Position numbers and translations under genes: made by a program. A stretch of 64,000 nucleotides of DNA from Tubiluchus corallicola. Lineage: Eukaryota; Animalia; Priapulida. Positions 38,892-55,039 of this stretch are shown piece after piece. Position 1 is the stretch's first letter. Every line of letters starts with the position of its first letter. The notes beneath the pieces were generated by a model. It did not search any database. It was not told where the DNA came from and saw nothing but the letters and a program-made list of their open reading frames with translations. The DNA lies in NCBI GenBank assembly GCA_030141605.1, contig JAQGDQ010000626.1, positions 60,343 through 124,342 on the forward strand. Reading direction: 5' to 3'.

Positions 38892-39395
38892 CTTCTTCTT
38901 CTTCCCAGCTTTTCCCTACTCGCAGTCGCCGTTGTGAATGAGTCTTCTCCACGCATTCCTGTTGTTGACCATCTCTTTATTTATGTCTTCCCTTCCCACA
39001 TGATCTTCACCAACTCTTCTTTTCAGGTGTCCATACCATCGCAATCTTGCGAGGCTTCCACTACTTTTACTGTTCCTCTGATATTATTATTTCTAATTTT
39101 ATCTCTTCTTGTTATTCCCACCATCCAACTCAACATCCTCATCTCCACCACATCCATTTTCTTCTCTTCGGTCTTCTTTAGAGAAGCTGCTTCCAGCCCA
39201 TAGATTAGAGCAGGTTTGACCACTTCTTTGCGGACTTTCCCTTTAAGTCTCCCCGACTCATTCTAGAAAGTTTTGGCGCAGTTTTTACAGGCGGATGCCC
39301 TTCCTGATCATAACCCTCCCTATTTATCCGGGCTTGGGACCGGCACTGAGTTGGGCTGGCTTGCACCCCCCCCCCCCCCCCAGTGGCTAGGTTTG
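38892..39395 (-). mobile_element. Bipartite non-autonomous RTE (Expander-like) element: 5'UTR joined to the ORF 3' end and a (GAA)n tail
   Basis: 16-bp TSD CGAACTGTATTAAATT (38876-38891/39396-39411); VKPALIYGLEAASLKKTEEKKMDVVEMRMLSWMVGITRRDKIRN. Confidence 0.92.
39312..39393 (-). ncRNA. Twister ribozyme core (3' cleavage product) at the 5' end of the RTE element
   Basis: AA-CCUA-GCC-[ACUG...CAGU stem]-GCCGGUCCCAAGCCCGGAUAAA-UAGG-GAGGGUU; P2 = CCUA/UAGG, P4 = CGG/CCG, conserved L4 and GAGG. Confidence 0.82.
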
Positions 39396-39776
39396 CGAAC
39401 TGTATTAAATTAATACAATGAAATACTCAAATGTTTTTCAGTTTAAAATGTCGTCTTCCCCATTCAGCATTATATAGCCGCGGTTTTCCGTTTACTTAAA
39501 TTCTATAAATGCTCGATCAATAAGTACGCCCGTTTATGTGCTTCTCCGTTGTATTGAAATGAGAAGAATTTTGATTTTCCGATAAACTTGCCTAATGTGT
39601 TGTGGGGCTGACAGCGGCAGAGGCCGTCTAATTAAAGAATTTTATTCTCACTCATGTTCACGAAGCTGCAGGCAGCATAGGTGAAAAACCTGTTTTAGCC
39701 TAGTTCTTTAATCACAGTATATTAAGTACCTATACCCGAGCTTTTTCGTGAACGTTGCGTTTACCTGAAAAGGACA

Positions 39777-41283
<1,507 letters not shown>

Positions 41284-41639
41284 ATGACTCTCTTTTCACT
41301 TTTTGGTACAAAAAGAAGATGTTGTTTAAAAATGAACAAAAAATTTGTGAGCAGTATAAATTGTACTTCTTTTCGATTTACAACTAAAATGCAATGAAAT
41401 TGTGATAAAATATTACATTTTTAGGTTGTAGTTTTTAATTTGCAATATTAGAACAGATCGATTTGGAATTACAATAATTATCATTACGAAAAATGCAAAA
41501 ATTAGCGTCAAATTTAGTATTGCAGTGGATCATAATAATTTGAAAATTGCAAATTAATCGTCGTCAGTCATCGTAGATGTAGGAAAAGCGTTCAACTACC
41601 ATATCGCTAGTGCCATAAGCTTGGAAGTAAATTCGGTTA

Positions 41640-42452
41640 GTTTAAACATATTTTATTATAGGATTGGATCAGACAGTTTGAACAACATGATTTAGGATCC
41701 TCACCACAACAGACTTTATACACCATTTACAAAAACATTTACAGTAAGAATAGACTATAACTACACAAGCTGACAAGTTTTACTGCAAGACTACATTAGA
41801 CATTAGTAACATTTACAGTAAGAATTGACTATAACTACACAAGCTGGCAAGTTTTACTACAAGATTACATTAGCCATTAGTAACATTTACAGTAAGAATT
41901 GACTATAACTACACAAGCTGACGAGTTTTACTACAAGATTACATTAGACATTAGTAACATTTACAGTAAGAATAGACTATAACTACACAAGCTGACAAGT
42001 TTTACTACAAGATTACATTAGACATTAGTAACATTTACAGTAAGAATAGAATATAACTACACAAGCTGACAAGTTTTACTACAAGATTACATTAGACATT
42101 AGTAGAAAATGACGGTTAGAAAATATTAATGTACGAATATTTAAGACTGATGCATTACATATATAGAAACTACTGGAAGCGTTTAGTACGTAATATAAAG
42201 TCATGTATACATTGGAATATTTTACAGTAAGTAACATAGTTAAATTCATCTTTACCGAATAATAACAACTTCAACAGAGCATTAGTTCCTAAGGCAGCTA
42301 TATTAAGGTTTTCAGGCAGAAGTATTTCATTTAATTTATCAAACATAAAAACCCTAGTTTGTTGATACAATGGGCAGTGCAACAAAAAGTGTTCAACAGA
42401 CTCAAATTGAAATCCACACTTACAATTCGGCAATACTGGATGACCGTTATTA
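41640..42452 (-). mobile_element. LINE 3' end (C-terminal CxC..H....C motif) with five 74-bp repeats in the 3'UTR
   Basis: CKCGFQFESVEHFLLHCPLY...LLFG...ILRTKRFQ; homologous to 49541-50133 and 55040-55539. Confidence 0.85.
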
Positions 42453-43107
42453 ACAGCCTTTAGAGAAAAGGTTAAATGTGGGTTAAATTCGGTTAAAAAT
42501 AGTCAAATTTAATGATCGTCAAATCAGCGCGAGAATCGATAATTAAAAAATTAAACGATTTTGCCGCGATACGCCGTTTCAAATGCATCTGATAAAATTT
42601 GTATTAATGTAGGTATGAGATTATATTTCTTATTCTGCAGATCTGTCTCTGATAATCTATCTGCCAGTAAAGTGGAAATGCCCGTCGGGGGTGGCGTATC
42701 TGATACCATCCATAGTGATGCCTATAATGCGTTTTCGGGGGTAATAAGTCATAAGTCGTTTATTTCAGTAATTATGAAATGCATGTTGATTACAGCAGAG
42801 TTTCGTAAGCTAACACGTTTGGCAATCTTTTGAATTGCAGAGAGCGAAACTGACATCCTGCGGAAATGGGTCTTGCGACTTTTTAGCGGTGCATAAATTG
42901 ACATCTTTTGCTGCAAACTTTGCCTTAATTTCAATATTCGTGTTATTGCGCTGCAACCAATTTGACAATGAAAATATGGACGTTTCTCCGTGATAGAGGA
43001 CAGTGATCGTTTAATGGTTTTAACTGAACTGACGAAATTTTTTAATATCTGTAACTGTAAGCCAAATCGTAAAAAAAATTATACGTGTTACATTTCTGAA
43101 TTTTTCA

Positions 43108-43490
43108 TGTGTCTGTGCGTGCGTGTTTGTTTGTGTGTATCTGTGTGTGTGCGTGCGTGTTTGTTTGTGTGTATCTGTGTGTGTGCGTGCGTGTTTGTTT
43201 GTGTGTATCTGTGTGTGTGTGCGTGCGTGTTTGTTTGTGTGTATCTGTGTGTGTGTGTGCGTGTGTGTGTGTGCGTGTTTGTTTGTGTGTATCTGTGTGT
43301 GTGCGTGCGTGTATGTGTGTGTGTTTGCGTGTATGTGTGTGTGTGTTTGCGTGTATCTGTGTGTGTGCGTGCGTGTGCGTGTGTGCGTGAATGTGTGTGT
43401 GTTTGTTTGTGTGTATCTGTGCGTGTGCGTGCGTGTGTGCATGTGTGTGCGTGAATGTGTATATGTGGTTGCGCGTGCATGCGTGCGTTC
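43108..43490. repeat. TG-rich compound micro/minisatellite
   Basis: gtgtttgtttgtgtgtatctgtgtgtgtgcgtgc units. Confidence 0.92.
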
Positions 43491-44209
43491 GCGATCTTTT
43501 TTTTAAATTTAGCTTAGTAACTTAATATTTAGTTTGTGTGATTTTACTAACTTGGTAGTGATTGATAGCTTAAGTTGCGTTCATTTTTTCCCGTTGGATA
43601 AAGAGTTTCTGCCCATTTATTTTCACACTGTTGCAAGTTTTGACAATTTGTTGTCTTTTCGTTTCAAATAATCAAATCTTCTTTGTTTGTTTTAACTGCG
43701 TATAGCCAACAAACGCTTCTCTGCCACATTTGTTCGACAATCAATAATTGTTTCGAGCCACAGTAATTATTTATTTATCATATAAAATCCATCTGGAAAG
43801 CATCAATAAGCGTTCGAAACAGGATTTCCCTAATGGCCATTCTCTTTCACACACAGCTACTGGTTTCTACTGTATAAATACCAAGAATACACTCGGTCCT
43901 ACACTGTTTGACTTATGGCACTCGTAGTCCAAGAGCACGCCGCGCAATAAACGAAAATTATTAATTGTCTCAAGATAAGAAAATGTTGCCGGCAGACATC
44001 TTGGGAAGTATTTACGTGACGTGGATTTTTCAATGAGACTAGCGGGCGCTTTCAAAAAATTGGTTCTGGTCGATTTTCGAATGCTTTGCTCATTTTTGTG
44101 TCGTTGCATTAACGTGAGTACCAGTCTATAATGATTAGCGCCACTGCCTGGAAAATTCTGGTTTTTGCTGTCATTATAGTGGACGTTAATGATTAACGTA
44201 CTGTTTGCC

Positions 44210-44590
<381 letters not shown>

Positions 44591-45472
44591 TTCTATCAAC
44601 GACGTAATCTCGGAATCACATCATGTGCAGACCGCTGCTAATAACCTAGCGGCACTGAGAACCAGCAAGCCCACATAATGTCCTCGTTTATTATTGTGTT
44701 AAACAAGTACATTGAACGATTTCTTCGCCCTCAGTACATGCAATACCACATTTTCATTTGCACAGGAGAGAGAGTATTTGCCTTGCCTTTTCTGCTTACC
44801 AATTATATACGTGTAGCTAGAATGCGAAATTTTCTTTCACGAGTCAAGAAAATGCTGCGTTTGTAACTTAAACACGCATTATTATTTTCTCTAAATTGAT
44901 TCCGTATAATCCTCGAATTATTGATGAAATAATCTTATGCGGGGATGTAATGAAAGTATACAACTTTGCGAGTTAATTTAGAAATGGAAAAAGAGAGTTT
45001 ACTGTGTTCTCTCCCTACTACGTGACATGTTTTAATACAACCAGTGTTTGAATGTATAAGGAAACGTATTTTGATTTTTGACAAAGAAGGCTGCCAAGAA
45101 TTCAGTTTTTCAGTTTATCTTTGCACTAAAACGACTAGTATTGCTCCTCTGTATGCTAACTTTTTAATCATTTGCGCGTGTTCTAAATTACTGTATGACG
45201 TTTTTGTATTAATTAATGACTAATAAATTAATGTCTAATTAATTAAAAACAGCACTAACTAACAAGTCTGTCAGTGCGGAAAAATAAAAGTATTAGAGAT
45301 ATATGAAACTACTGTAGCCTTTTGGTTAGATACTTTGTATGGTATCCACGATAGAAATTACTTGTAGCTGCTACGTATTACTAAGATTGAATAAACAGGT
45401 TGTTTATTTAGTGCAAAACGTCGCTTCGACAGCAACTGTCATTTTCAGTGCTATAAATCAAGCAGAAATAAA

Positions 45473-47155
45473 TAATCTGTACAATTATGACACTACTAAC
45501 CAAGTCATAGAATATCATTACGTTATTTACAAGAGTGAAATTCAAATTGCTATAATCAGTACAATTATGACACTACTAACCAAGTCATAGAATATCATTA
45601 CATTATTTACAAGAGTGAAATTCAAATTGCTATAATCAGTACAATTATGACACTACTAACCAAGTCATAGAATATCATTACATTATTTACAAGAGTGAAA
45701 TTCAAATTGCTATAATCTGTACAATTATGACACTACTAACCAAGTCACAGAATATCATTACATTATTTACAAGAGTGAAATTCAAATTCCTATAATCAGT
45801 ACAATTATGACACTACTAACCAAGTCATAGAATATCATTACATTATTTACAAGTGTGAAATTCAAATTGCTATAATCAGTACAATTATGACACTACTAAC
45901 CAAGTCATAGAATATCATTACATTATTTACAAGAGTGAAATTCAAATTGCTATAATCAGTACAATTATGACACTACTAACCAAGTCATAGAATATCATTA
46001 CATTATTTACAAGTGTGAAATTCAAATTGCTATAATCAGTACAATTATGACACTACTAACCAAGTCATAGAATATCATTACATTATTTACAAGAGTGAAA
46101 TTCAAATTGCTATAATCAGTACAATTATGACACTACTAACCAAGTCATAGAATATCATTACATTATTTACAAGAGTGAAATTCAAATTGCTATAATCTGT
46201 ACAATTATGACACTACTAACCAAGTCATAGAATATCATTACATTATTTACAAGTGTGAAATTCAAATTGCTATAATCAGTACAATTATGATACTACTAAC
46301 CAAGCCATAGAATATCATTACATTATTTACAAGTGTGAAATTCAAATTGCTATAATCAGTACAATTATGATACTACTAACCAAGCCATAGAATATCATTA
46401 CATTATTTACAAGAGTGAAATTCAAATTGCTATAATCAGTACAATTATGATACTACTAACCAAGCCATAGAATATCATTACATTATTTACAAGAGTGAAA
46501 TTCAAATTGCTATAATCTGTACAATTATGACACTACTAACCAAGCCATAGAATATCATTACATTATTTACAAGTGTGAAATTCAAATTGCTATAATCAGT
46601 ACAATTATGATACTACTAACCAGGTCATAGAATATCATTACATTATTTACAAGTGTGAAATTCAAATTGCTATAATCAGTACAATTATGATACTACTAAC
46701 CAAGTCATAGAATATCATTACATTATTTACAAGAGTGAAATTCAAATTGCTATAATCAGTACAATTATGACACTACTAACCAAGTCATAGAATATCATTA
46801 CATTATTTACAAGTGTGAAATTCAAATTGCTATAATCTGTACAATTATGATACTACTAACCAAGTCATAGATTATCATTACATTATTTACAAGAGTGAAA
46901 TTCAAATTGCTATAATATGTACAATTATGACACTACTAACCAAGTCATAGAATATCATTACATTATTTACAAGAGTGAAATTCAAATTGCTATAATCAGT
47001 ACAATTATGACACTACTAACCAAGTCATAGAATATCATTACATTATTTACAAGAGTGAAATTCAAATTGCTATAATCAGTACAATTATGACACTACTAAC
47101 CAAGTCATAGTATAATTAATCATTACATTATTTACAAGAGTGAAATTCAAATTGT
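45473..47155. repeat. 80-bp tandem satellite, about 21 copies
   Basis: acaattatgacactactaaccaagtcatagaatatcattacattatttacaagagtgaaattcaaattgctataatcagt, period 80. Confidence 0.97.
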
Positions 47156-47964
47156 TAGAATACAAGTGGAAATAACTTAGAAATAGGTTCATATGTAAAG
47201 AAAATTGTAAAGTAAGCATAAAAATTGTATATTATATATGAGTTTCTGGCAAAGATTACAACAACCAGCAAACAAATCGTTTGACAACAAGCAAAATCTA
47301 CATACTGGGGAAATAAACTGCCCTAATAAGTGTTAAAAGAATAATGCACATTGTTAAAAGAATAATACACATTGTTAAAAGAATAATACACATTGTGTGT
47401 TAGTATCTGCGCAGATAAACAACGTCAATTCCTAGACGCTGGTTTTTTCGCGTATTTGAGATGGAATAGACCGGTAGATGAAGTAGAATTTTATTTAACC
47501 AAAGAGTTTGAATGTATTCAAGACGAGCAATATGTGTTGTCAATTAACTCGGATTGTCAACGTATGAAACACTGTAGACCCCAGTTCTCTAGTAATAACT
47601 TCAGTAACTAATAAAGCCTTACTTCTCGTTGCTTTCTTACAAAATTTTAAATTTAATTAAATGATAAGGTAAATAAAATTCATTCACGTGTTTCGACTCT
47701 GTAAGATGGACGTTTATTACAAGATTGTAATTTTATAGTAATTTGTACTTTGTAATTTCATTAAATTAACTAACTGTGTGTAAGTAAGGTTTGACTAACT
47801 AAAAGAAGCAAAGGCTGGCCTAATTACATGTGTGGATTTGAAAGTACTAACTATTAAACGAAAACCGGACTCAAACTGTACATCAAAACAATCTGCTCTT
47901 TAACATACTGAAAGGAAACATTCTATTTTCTCAAGAATATCTTACGTGAAAGAATTATTAGCAC

Positions 47965-48462
47965 TCAAACACAGTTTCACGTTCGCGCCACTAGATGCAT
48001 TTTGCCATTCGCTAGTTGGACGGGCACTAGCGCCTACATTTCGGAAACGCATTGCACAAAAACAAGTGCTGTACCTCCGCGTTCAGAGAATCAAAGGTGC
48101 TGGTTTGTGACGTACTGGCGGTACTATGCACGTTCGACATCTCATGCGTGAACATGATTTGCGGCAAATTTGAAGTTTATATTTATATTTTAAAACTTGC
48201 CGATTTTTAGTATAACTCACTGAATCTCATACAGTAGCACTGTACTTCAATCTTTGGTTTCGCGAACACGTGCAACAGGCACGTGGAATATTTTTGCTGT
48301 TGAAAATTATGTTCGTTTGTGATGTCATCAATAGTTGGGCTCGCTCGTCGTTGATTAAGATTTTAATCTGTTGTAGCATTATTAGTGTTAAAATGTATAC
48401 TTTTTATCGGACATGAAAATGGGGTAGTAACCGTAGTATATGAAAAATCATCCAGTCTTCCC
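47965..48462 (-). mobile_element. Inverted copy of the Kolobok-like element at 27941-28445
   Basis: Reverse-complement similarity; ends CCC|TTAA. Confidence 0.65.
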
Positions 48463-49540
48463 TTAAGCGCACTGTGTAATACAGCAGTAGTATTGGTTGC
48501 AGCCCTTGTTTCATTCACTCCTTTATCTCTTGCAGCTCCTATTATGATTAATATGTAAACCGGATTGTCGTTCCGGCAGCCAGCAGATCTCAGTGAACAG
48601 CATGAGGTTCAACCAGGCAACATCGATTCCTGCACTGCAGTGTTTCCGCGTGAAATTTAAATTAGCACGCGCTGGCCTGATATAATTATAACACCATAAT
48701 AATATGCCCTGCAGTTGCTTGGTCGCTATGATGTTCTATTATGTATTGAATTATTATTATTATGAATTTATTTCGTATAAAAATATACAGTTTACAAAGA
48801 TAAAGATGTTAGTAAAATAGGTAATGCGATGTTAGTAAAGTAACATATCTACAGAAATTCAACTTTATAATAACCACACATTGTAGTTCCCTTGTAGTTA
48901 TATTACATTATACAGTGTTGTAAGGAGCTATATTAGATATCTTAAAACATAATCTTTAAATGAGTTCTTAACCTTTAATTTTACATATTCGTTTAGATCT
49001 ACAGTACAACCACATTTAAATCTTAAATACACGTGACTGTTATTTACATAGTAGCATAGCTTTGGAATTCTCAATGTGCAAGAGTTTGCAATTTTTCTCA
49101 CAAAGTTTAATTTTCGACTATGTTTTAGATAATTCGCAGACATTGCGCCACAAAAATACATTAACAATTTGACGCTTTCATTTTGTCTAAATGAAAATAC
49201 AAAGTCTTTAAACCGCGTACATCGGGTTCTATTTATAAACAATCAGATAAAAACGTGATCCTGTTATCTTAGACTCTACTTTCCTACTTTTTGCTAATAA
49301 AGGGAATTGGCGCATAATATGAGATAGATAGTTATTGTAATTATTGGTCTCGGATTAATAATTTTGCTAACTAAGTTACACAAGCTGCCAAAGTAATGAG
49401 AAAAGTGATTTTAAACTTTTATAACGTGTACATAGGAGCTCAAAGTTCATCATTTACGCATGCGTAGTTAATATTAATTCGCTTTTTATACAAAAGTAAA
49501 TGTGGTGTCAGACTGCATTCAAACATAAAGGCTGTGAAGA

Positions 49541-50133
49541 TAATAACGGTCATCCAATATTGCCGAATTGTAACTGTGGATTTCGATTTGAGTCTGTTGA
49601 ACACTTTTTGTTGCACTGCCCATTGTATCAACAAACTAGGGTTGTTATGTTTGATAAGCTAAATGAGATACTTCTGCCCGAAAACCTTAATATAGCTGCC
49701 TTAGGAAATAATGATCTGTTGAAGTTGTTATTATTCGGAAAAGATGAATTTAATTATGTTGCTAACTGTAAAATATTCCAATGTATACATGATTTTATAT
49801 TACGTACTAAACTCTTCCAGTAGTTTCTATCTGATACGAAATGCATCAGTCTTAAATATTCGTACATTAATATTTTCTAACCGTCATTTTCTACTAATGG
49901 CTAATGTAATCTTGTAGTAAAGCTTGTCAGCTTGTGTAGTTATAGTCTATTCTTACTGTAAATGTTACTAATGTCTAATGTAATCTTGTAGTAAAACTTG
50001 TCAGCTTGTGTAGTTATAGTCTATTCTTACTGTAAATATTTTTGTAAATAGTGTATAAAGTCTGTTGTGGTGAGGATCCTAAATCATGTTGTTCAAACTG
50101 TCTGACCCAATCCTAAACAAGTTATGTTTAAAC
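49541..50133 (+). mobile_element. LINE 3' end, same family as 41640-42452 (two 74-bp repeats)
   Basis: CNCGFRFESVEHFLLHCPLY; ends GTTTAAAC. Confidence 0.85.
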
Positions 50134-51045
50134 CAAATTCTCATTAAAATAAAACAGTCGAATACGTATATCTCTTTGACTCAACTAGCTACAGTACTTC
50201 ATATTGGTTTTATACACTGAGCTTGAACAAAACTGACTATATATTAATCTAGTGATGCAAGGGATTGCTTTTGCATGAAAATTTGACAGTTAAGCTCTGA
50301 TATCCGTGTTGAATTTTTGCTCTTAGCCAGCAATAGCTTCAGACTTCAGTCCAGAATAAATGTAAACTCTTACAGCCAAAAAAAAACTGTTTTGATTCAT
50401 TTTGCCAACCGCGCTAAATTACGCAATGATAAATTGCGATAAATTTTAAATGCCAAACTGTAAGAGCACTTGTGTAAGTGTTCTATTTAGCTGTTTGAAC
50501 TACCATTAAAAATAGACTCCACGCAGCGTTTAGGTTTTCATACAGTAATAATTTAAACCTATACTCTTGCACCTGATTATGTAATATTAGCTGCACTACA
50601 GTAAAACCATCGCTCACTGCAAATGTCAATAACGAAGGTACAGCTGCCGCGCAGTGGCAACCAAGTTAATGGAAACGCTTTAAACATGAAAAACCTCACA
50701 ATTTGTAACGTCTTATCATGTAACTAATTCTTCCTGGCAGCGTATTAAAGACGTTTAAGCAAAGAGGCTGTTGAAGTTATGTCCTTTGTATGAGGTAGTC
50801 TGATCTCTTACACGCCCTTGCACCCCGTTGCCTAGCTACGCCCTCGGTATGAATGATGAATAAACGTTGTGATAAAGATAATTTTGTAAAACTGGAATCA
50901 TTTGAAGATTTGTATAAATGATGTAGCGGGCATGTAGTTTTCTTGTACACATTAGTATGTGGACATTTCAAGCCTAGCAGCTTCATAAATCACATCATGA
51001 ACTCATCTGTACTCTCTCTTTCCTTTATTTAATTAACAAGGCTAA

Positions 51046-53046
51046 TTGTATAAGACGTACTAGAGTCTAGAACTGTGTCTATGCCAAAACAGAACAACGC
51101 TGAACACTGTAATTCATTCGTTTCGTAATTTATTTAAACTGATTTGGTATGCGTCCATTTGTATAAGACGTACTAGAGTCTAGAACTGTCTCTATGCCAA
51201 AACAGAACAACGCTGAACACTATAAGTCACTCGTTTCGTAATTTATTTAAACTGATTTGGTATGAGTCCATTTGTATAAGACATACTAGAGTCTAGAACT
51301 GTCTCTATGCCAAAACAGAACAACGCTGAACACTGTAATTCATTCGTTTCGTAATTTATTTAAACTGATTTGGTATGAGTCCATTTGTATAAGACGTACT
51401 AGCGTCTAAAACTGTCTCTATACCAAAACAGAACAACGCTGAACACTGTAATTCATTCGTTTCGTAATTTATTTAAACTGATTTGGTATGAGTCCATTTG
51501 TATAAGACATACTAGAGTCTAAAACTGTCTCTATGCTAAAACAGAACAACGCTGAGCACTATAATTCATTCGTTTCGTAATTTATTTAAACTGATTTGGT
51601 ATGAGTCCATTTGTATAAGACATACTAGCGTCTAAAACTGTCTCTATGCCAAAACAGAACAACGCTGAACACTGTAATTTATTCGTTTCGTAATTTATTT
51701 AAACTGATTTGGTATGAGTCCATTTGTATAAGACATACTAGCGTCTAAAACTGTCTCTATACCAAAACAGAACAACGCTGAACACTGTAATTCATTCGTT
51801 TCGTAATTTATTTAAACTGATTTGGTATGAGTCCATTTGTATAAGACATACTAGCGTCTAAAACTGTCTCTATACCAAAACAGAACAACGCTGAACACTG
51901 TAATTTATTCGTTTCGTAATTTATTTAAACTGATTTGGTATGAGTCCATTTGTATAAGACATACTAGCGTCTAAAACTGTCTCTATACCAAAACAGAACA
52001 ACGCTGAACACTGTAATTCATTCGTTTCGTAATTTATTTAAACTGATTTGGTATGAGTCCATTCGTATAAGACGTACTAGAGTCTAGAACTGTCTCTATG
52101 CCAAAACAGAACAACGCTGAACACTGTAATTCATTCGTTTCGCAATTTATTTAAACTCGTTTGGTATGAGTCCATTCGTATAAGACGTACTAGCGTTTAG
52201 AACTGGCTCTATGCCAAAACAGAACAACGCTGAGCACTATAATTTATTCGTTTCGCAATTTATTTAAACTGATTTGGTATGAGTCCATTCGTATAAGACG
52301 TACTAGCGTCTAGAACTGTCTCTATGCCAAAACAGAACAACGCTGAGCACTATAATTTATTCGTTTCGCAATTTATTTAAACTGATTTGGTATGAGTCCA
52401 TTTGTATAAGACATACTAGAGTCTAGAACTGTCTCTATGCCAAAACAGAACAACGCTGAGCACTATAATTTATTCGTTTCGTAATTTATTTAAACTGATT
52501 TGGTATGAGTCCATTTGTATAAGACGTACTAGCGTATAAAACTGTCTCTATACCAAAACAGAACAACGCTGAACACTGTAATTCATTCGTTTCGTAATTT
52601 ATTTAAACTGATTTGGTATGAGTCCATTCGTATAAGACGTACTAGAGTCTAGAACTGTCTCTATGCCAAAACAGAACAACGCTGAACACTGTAATTCATT
52701 CGTTTCGCAATTTATTTAAACTCGTTTGGTATGAGTCCATTCGTATAAGACGTACTAGCGTTTAGAACTGGCTCTATGCCAAAACAGAACAACGCTGAGC
52801 ACTATAATTTATTCGTTTCGCAATTTATTTAAACTGATTTGGTATGAGTCCATTCGTATAAGACGTACTAGAGTCTAGAACTGTCTCTATGCCAAAACAG
52901 AACAACGCTGAACACTGTAATTCATTCGTTTCGTAATTTATTTAAACTCATTTAGTGTGAGTCCATTTGTATAAGACGTACTAGCGTCTAGAACTGGCTC
53001 TATACCAAAACAGAACAACGCTGAACACTGTAATTCATTCGTTTCG
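51046..53046. repeat. 113-bp tandem satellite, about 17.7 copies
   Basis: tgtataagacgtactagagtctagaactgtctctatgccaaaacagaacaacgctgaac..., period 113. Confidence 0.97.
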
Positions 53047-55039
53047 GCATCGAGTTGTTAATTAAATATTCGTTTGGCTTATTTTTTCACATTCGCTGCA
53101 TTATTTCCGGCCGTTTAGCTGGAGATGCAGTGATCATTACCCCGGTTCCGTGTCTACGAAAAGTATGCATTACAGTAAACACTTAGAGAAATTGGAAAAG
53201 ATTTGGTTGTGCTGTTGCAGCGTATACACACAGCCTGTTCAGCAGTTCCTTCTCCCTTGTATACAGAGGCCCTCCCTAGAATTGCTAAACATTCAGTTGG
53301 CGCGTGATGCATTCAATAAATTATTGATGATGCACGACATTATGCCAGCAAAAAGAAAAACGATTTATTTTAAAATTCAACTTTTGGAACACAGAAATCG
53401 AGCGATAAAATGGGTCGTTTAATATCCATTTTGTTTTAAATTAGGGGCTACATTAATTTCTTCATGATTACTTAGATTGTATGATATTCAGTTGTGGGTG
53501 TGTCACAGCGTTTTTTGAAAACTGACAAAGAATAGTGAACCTGCTCTCTTTTCTTTCGCCAGTTCAATATTTCTTAGTATTTTCGATTACCTCCTTAATA
53601 AACTCGGCACTATTATAGTACGTAATTGTGCAGTTATACATGAAAATATAACTTACAAAAAAACTGTTTCATATTGCAATAGTAGTATTTCAATTTTTCA
53701 GCATCTCAAACGTGTTATTTTTCTTATATTTTTTTTCATTTTATCTTTTTAGCATAGGCCTTGTTGTTCGTCTGTTGTTCCTTCATTTTCTTTCTTGATA
53801 TTTGTTCATTGCTTTGCTTGCTTTTGCTTTACTTTGCTTTATTTTCTTTTCATGTACTATTTCGTTCATTCATTTATTAGTCATAAGTCATAAGTGATAA
53901 GTCATTTATTTCACATTACACATTTACAATAGTTTCATGTACAATATCTAGTGAAAGGGCCTACAATGGATATAATACAAATAAGAAATACTGCACAGGA
54001 AAAGCCTCAAACACTGTTCACTTATATACGAAGCTAAATGTGTTGCGGGCAATCAAAAAGCAGGGCTTGTTAGATTGTCACACACAGTGAAAGAAAAAAA
54101 AGTAATGGAAATAATCTGAAAAATTTAAAGTGAATCGTATGATAAAAAAAACATTAGTGCTTAAAATGCAATGATGTAATGAATGAAGCTCATATATGGG
54201 ATGATATAAAAGATAGAAAGACTATTATTTGTTAATAGTATGTAAAATTAGGATAACTGCATTATTCACGCATCCATTTTCCCTTTCACTCGTTTACTCT
54301 TCCATTCATTAATTTATTCATTCGCGCGTTCTCTGTCATTTATTCGCTCATTAATTCATTCACTTTGTTCGGCAGTCCGCTTTTTTATTAGCTACTATGA
54401 ATCAGTTTGTTCGGTTGGCATATTAATAGCTGCCCACAAGCGACAAGTTGAAATAGATTGTCATCTCTGTAAACTTGGAGTCAATATTGTGTGCGCGTAG
54501 CAGCTTCGCCATGCTGTGTGTGTCTATTTATTACTAATAACACGAAGGCAATGGCGAACCAAACTGTTTAACAGGATACGTACGTACTGTACCAGTTGTG
54601 TGTTGAATACTGCTGAGGTTTGGAAACACTTGTACGTGAGACCCTGCTATCACGTACAGCAAGCGATAAATCTCATAATAACATTATTAAAGATTATTAA
54701 TTCCTATTAATATACGGTGAATTATTTGGTTTTCTATTTTCTATACTTTAAACTTTTAAACTTTTCTATTACAGGTTCATTGTAATTAATCAAAATTTAC
54801 AGTTATTTAACGGCCATTTGCATTATGGGCTAATTTAAAGCAGATAATTAAAATGTAAACGTTTAACAAAATTTAATAAAATAATAATGTTGACATAAAA
54901 AACTTAACCTTAATCTAATCAGTTTAACTTACAGCAGATTGTCTGTTTTTGAAAAAATACAAATGTAATTTTTCGGCCATGAATAAAATCAGAAATACTG
55001 TAAAAACAATTGAGCATGTGGTAATGGTAAATGGTGTTA

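Noticed and set aside
50791-50812. TGAGGTAGT let-7-like seed
   Set aside because: Only 9 nt match; the rest diverges and no precursor hairpin is evident.
45473-53046. 80-bp and 113-bp arrays (also the 93-, 34-, 32- and 26-bp arrays) as CRISPR-like loci
   Set aside because: Whole units repeat with no unique spacers, there are no cas genes and the context is a eukaryotic intron; these are satellites.
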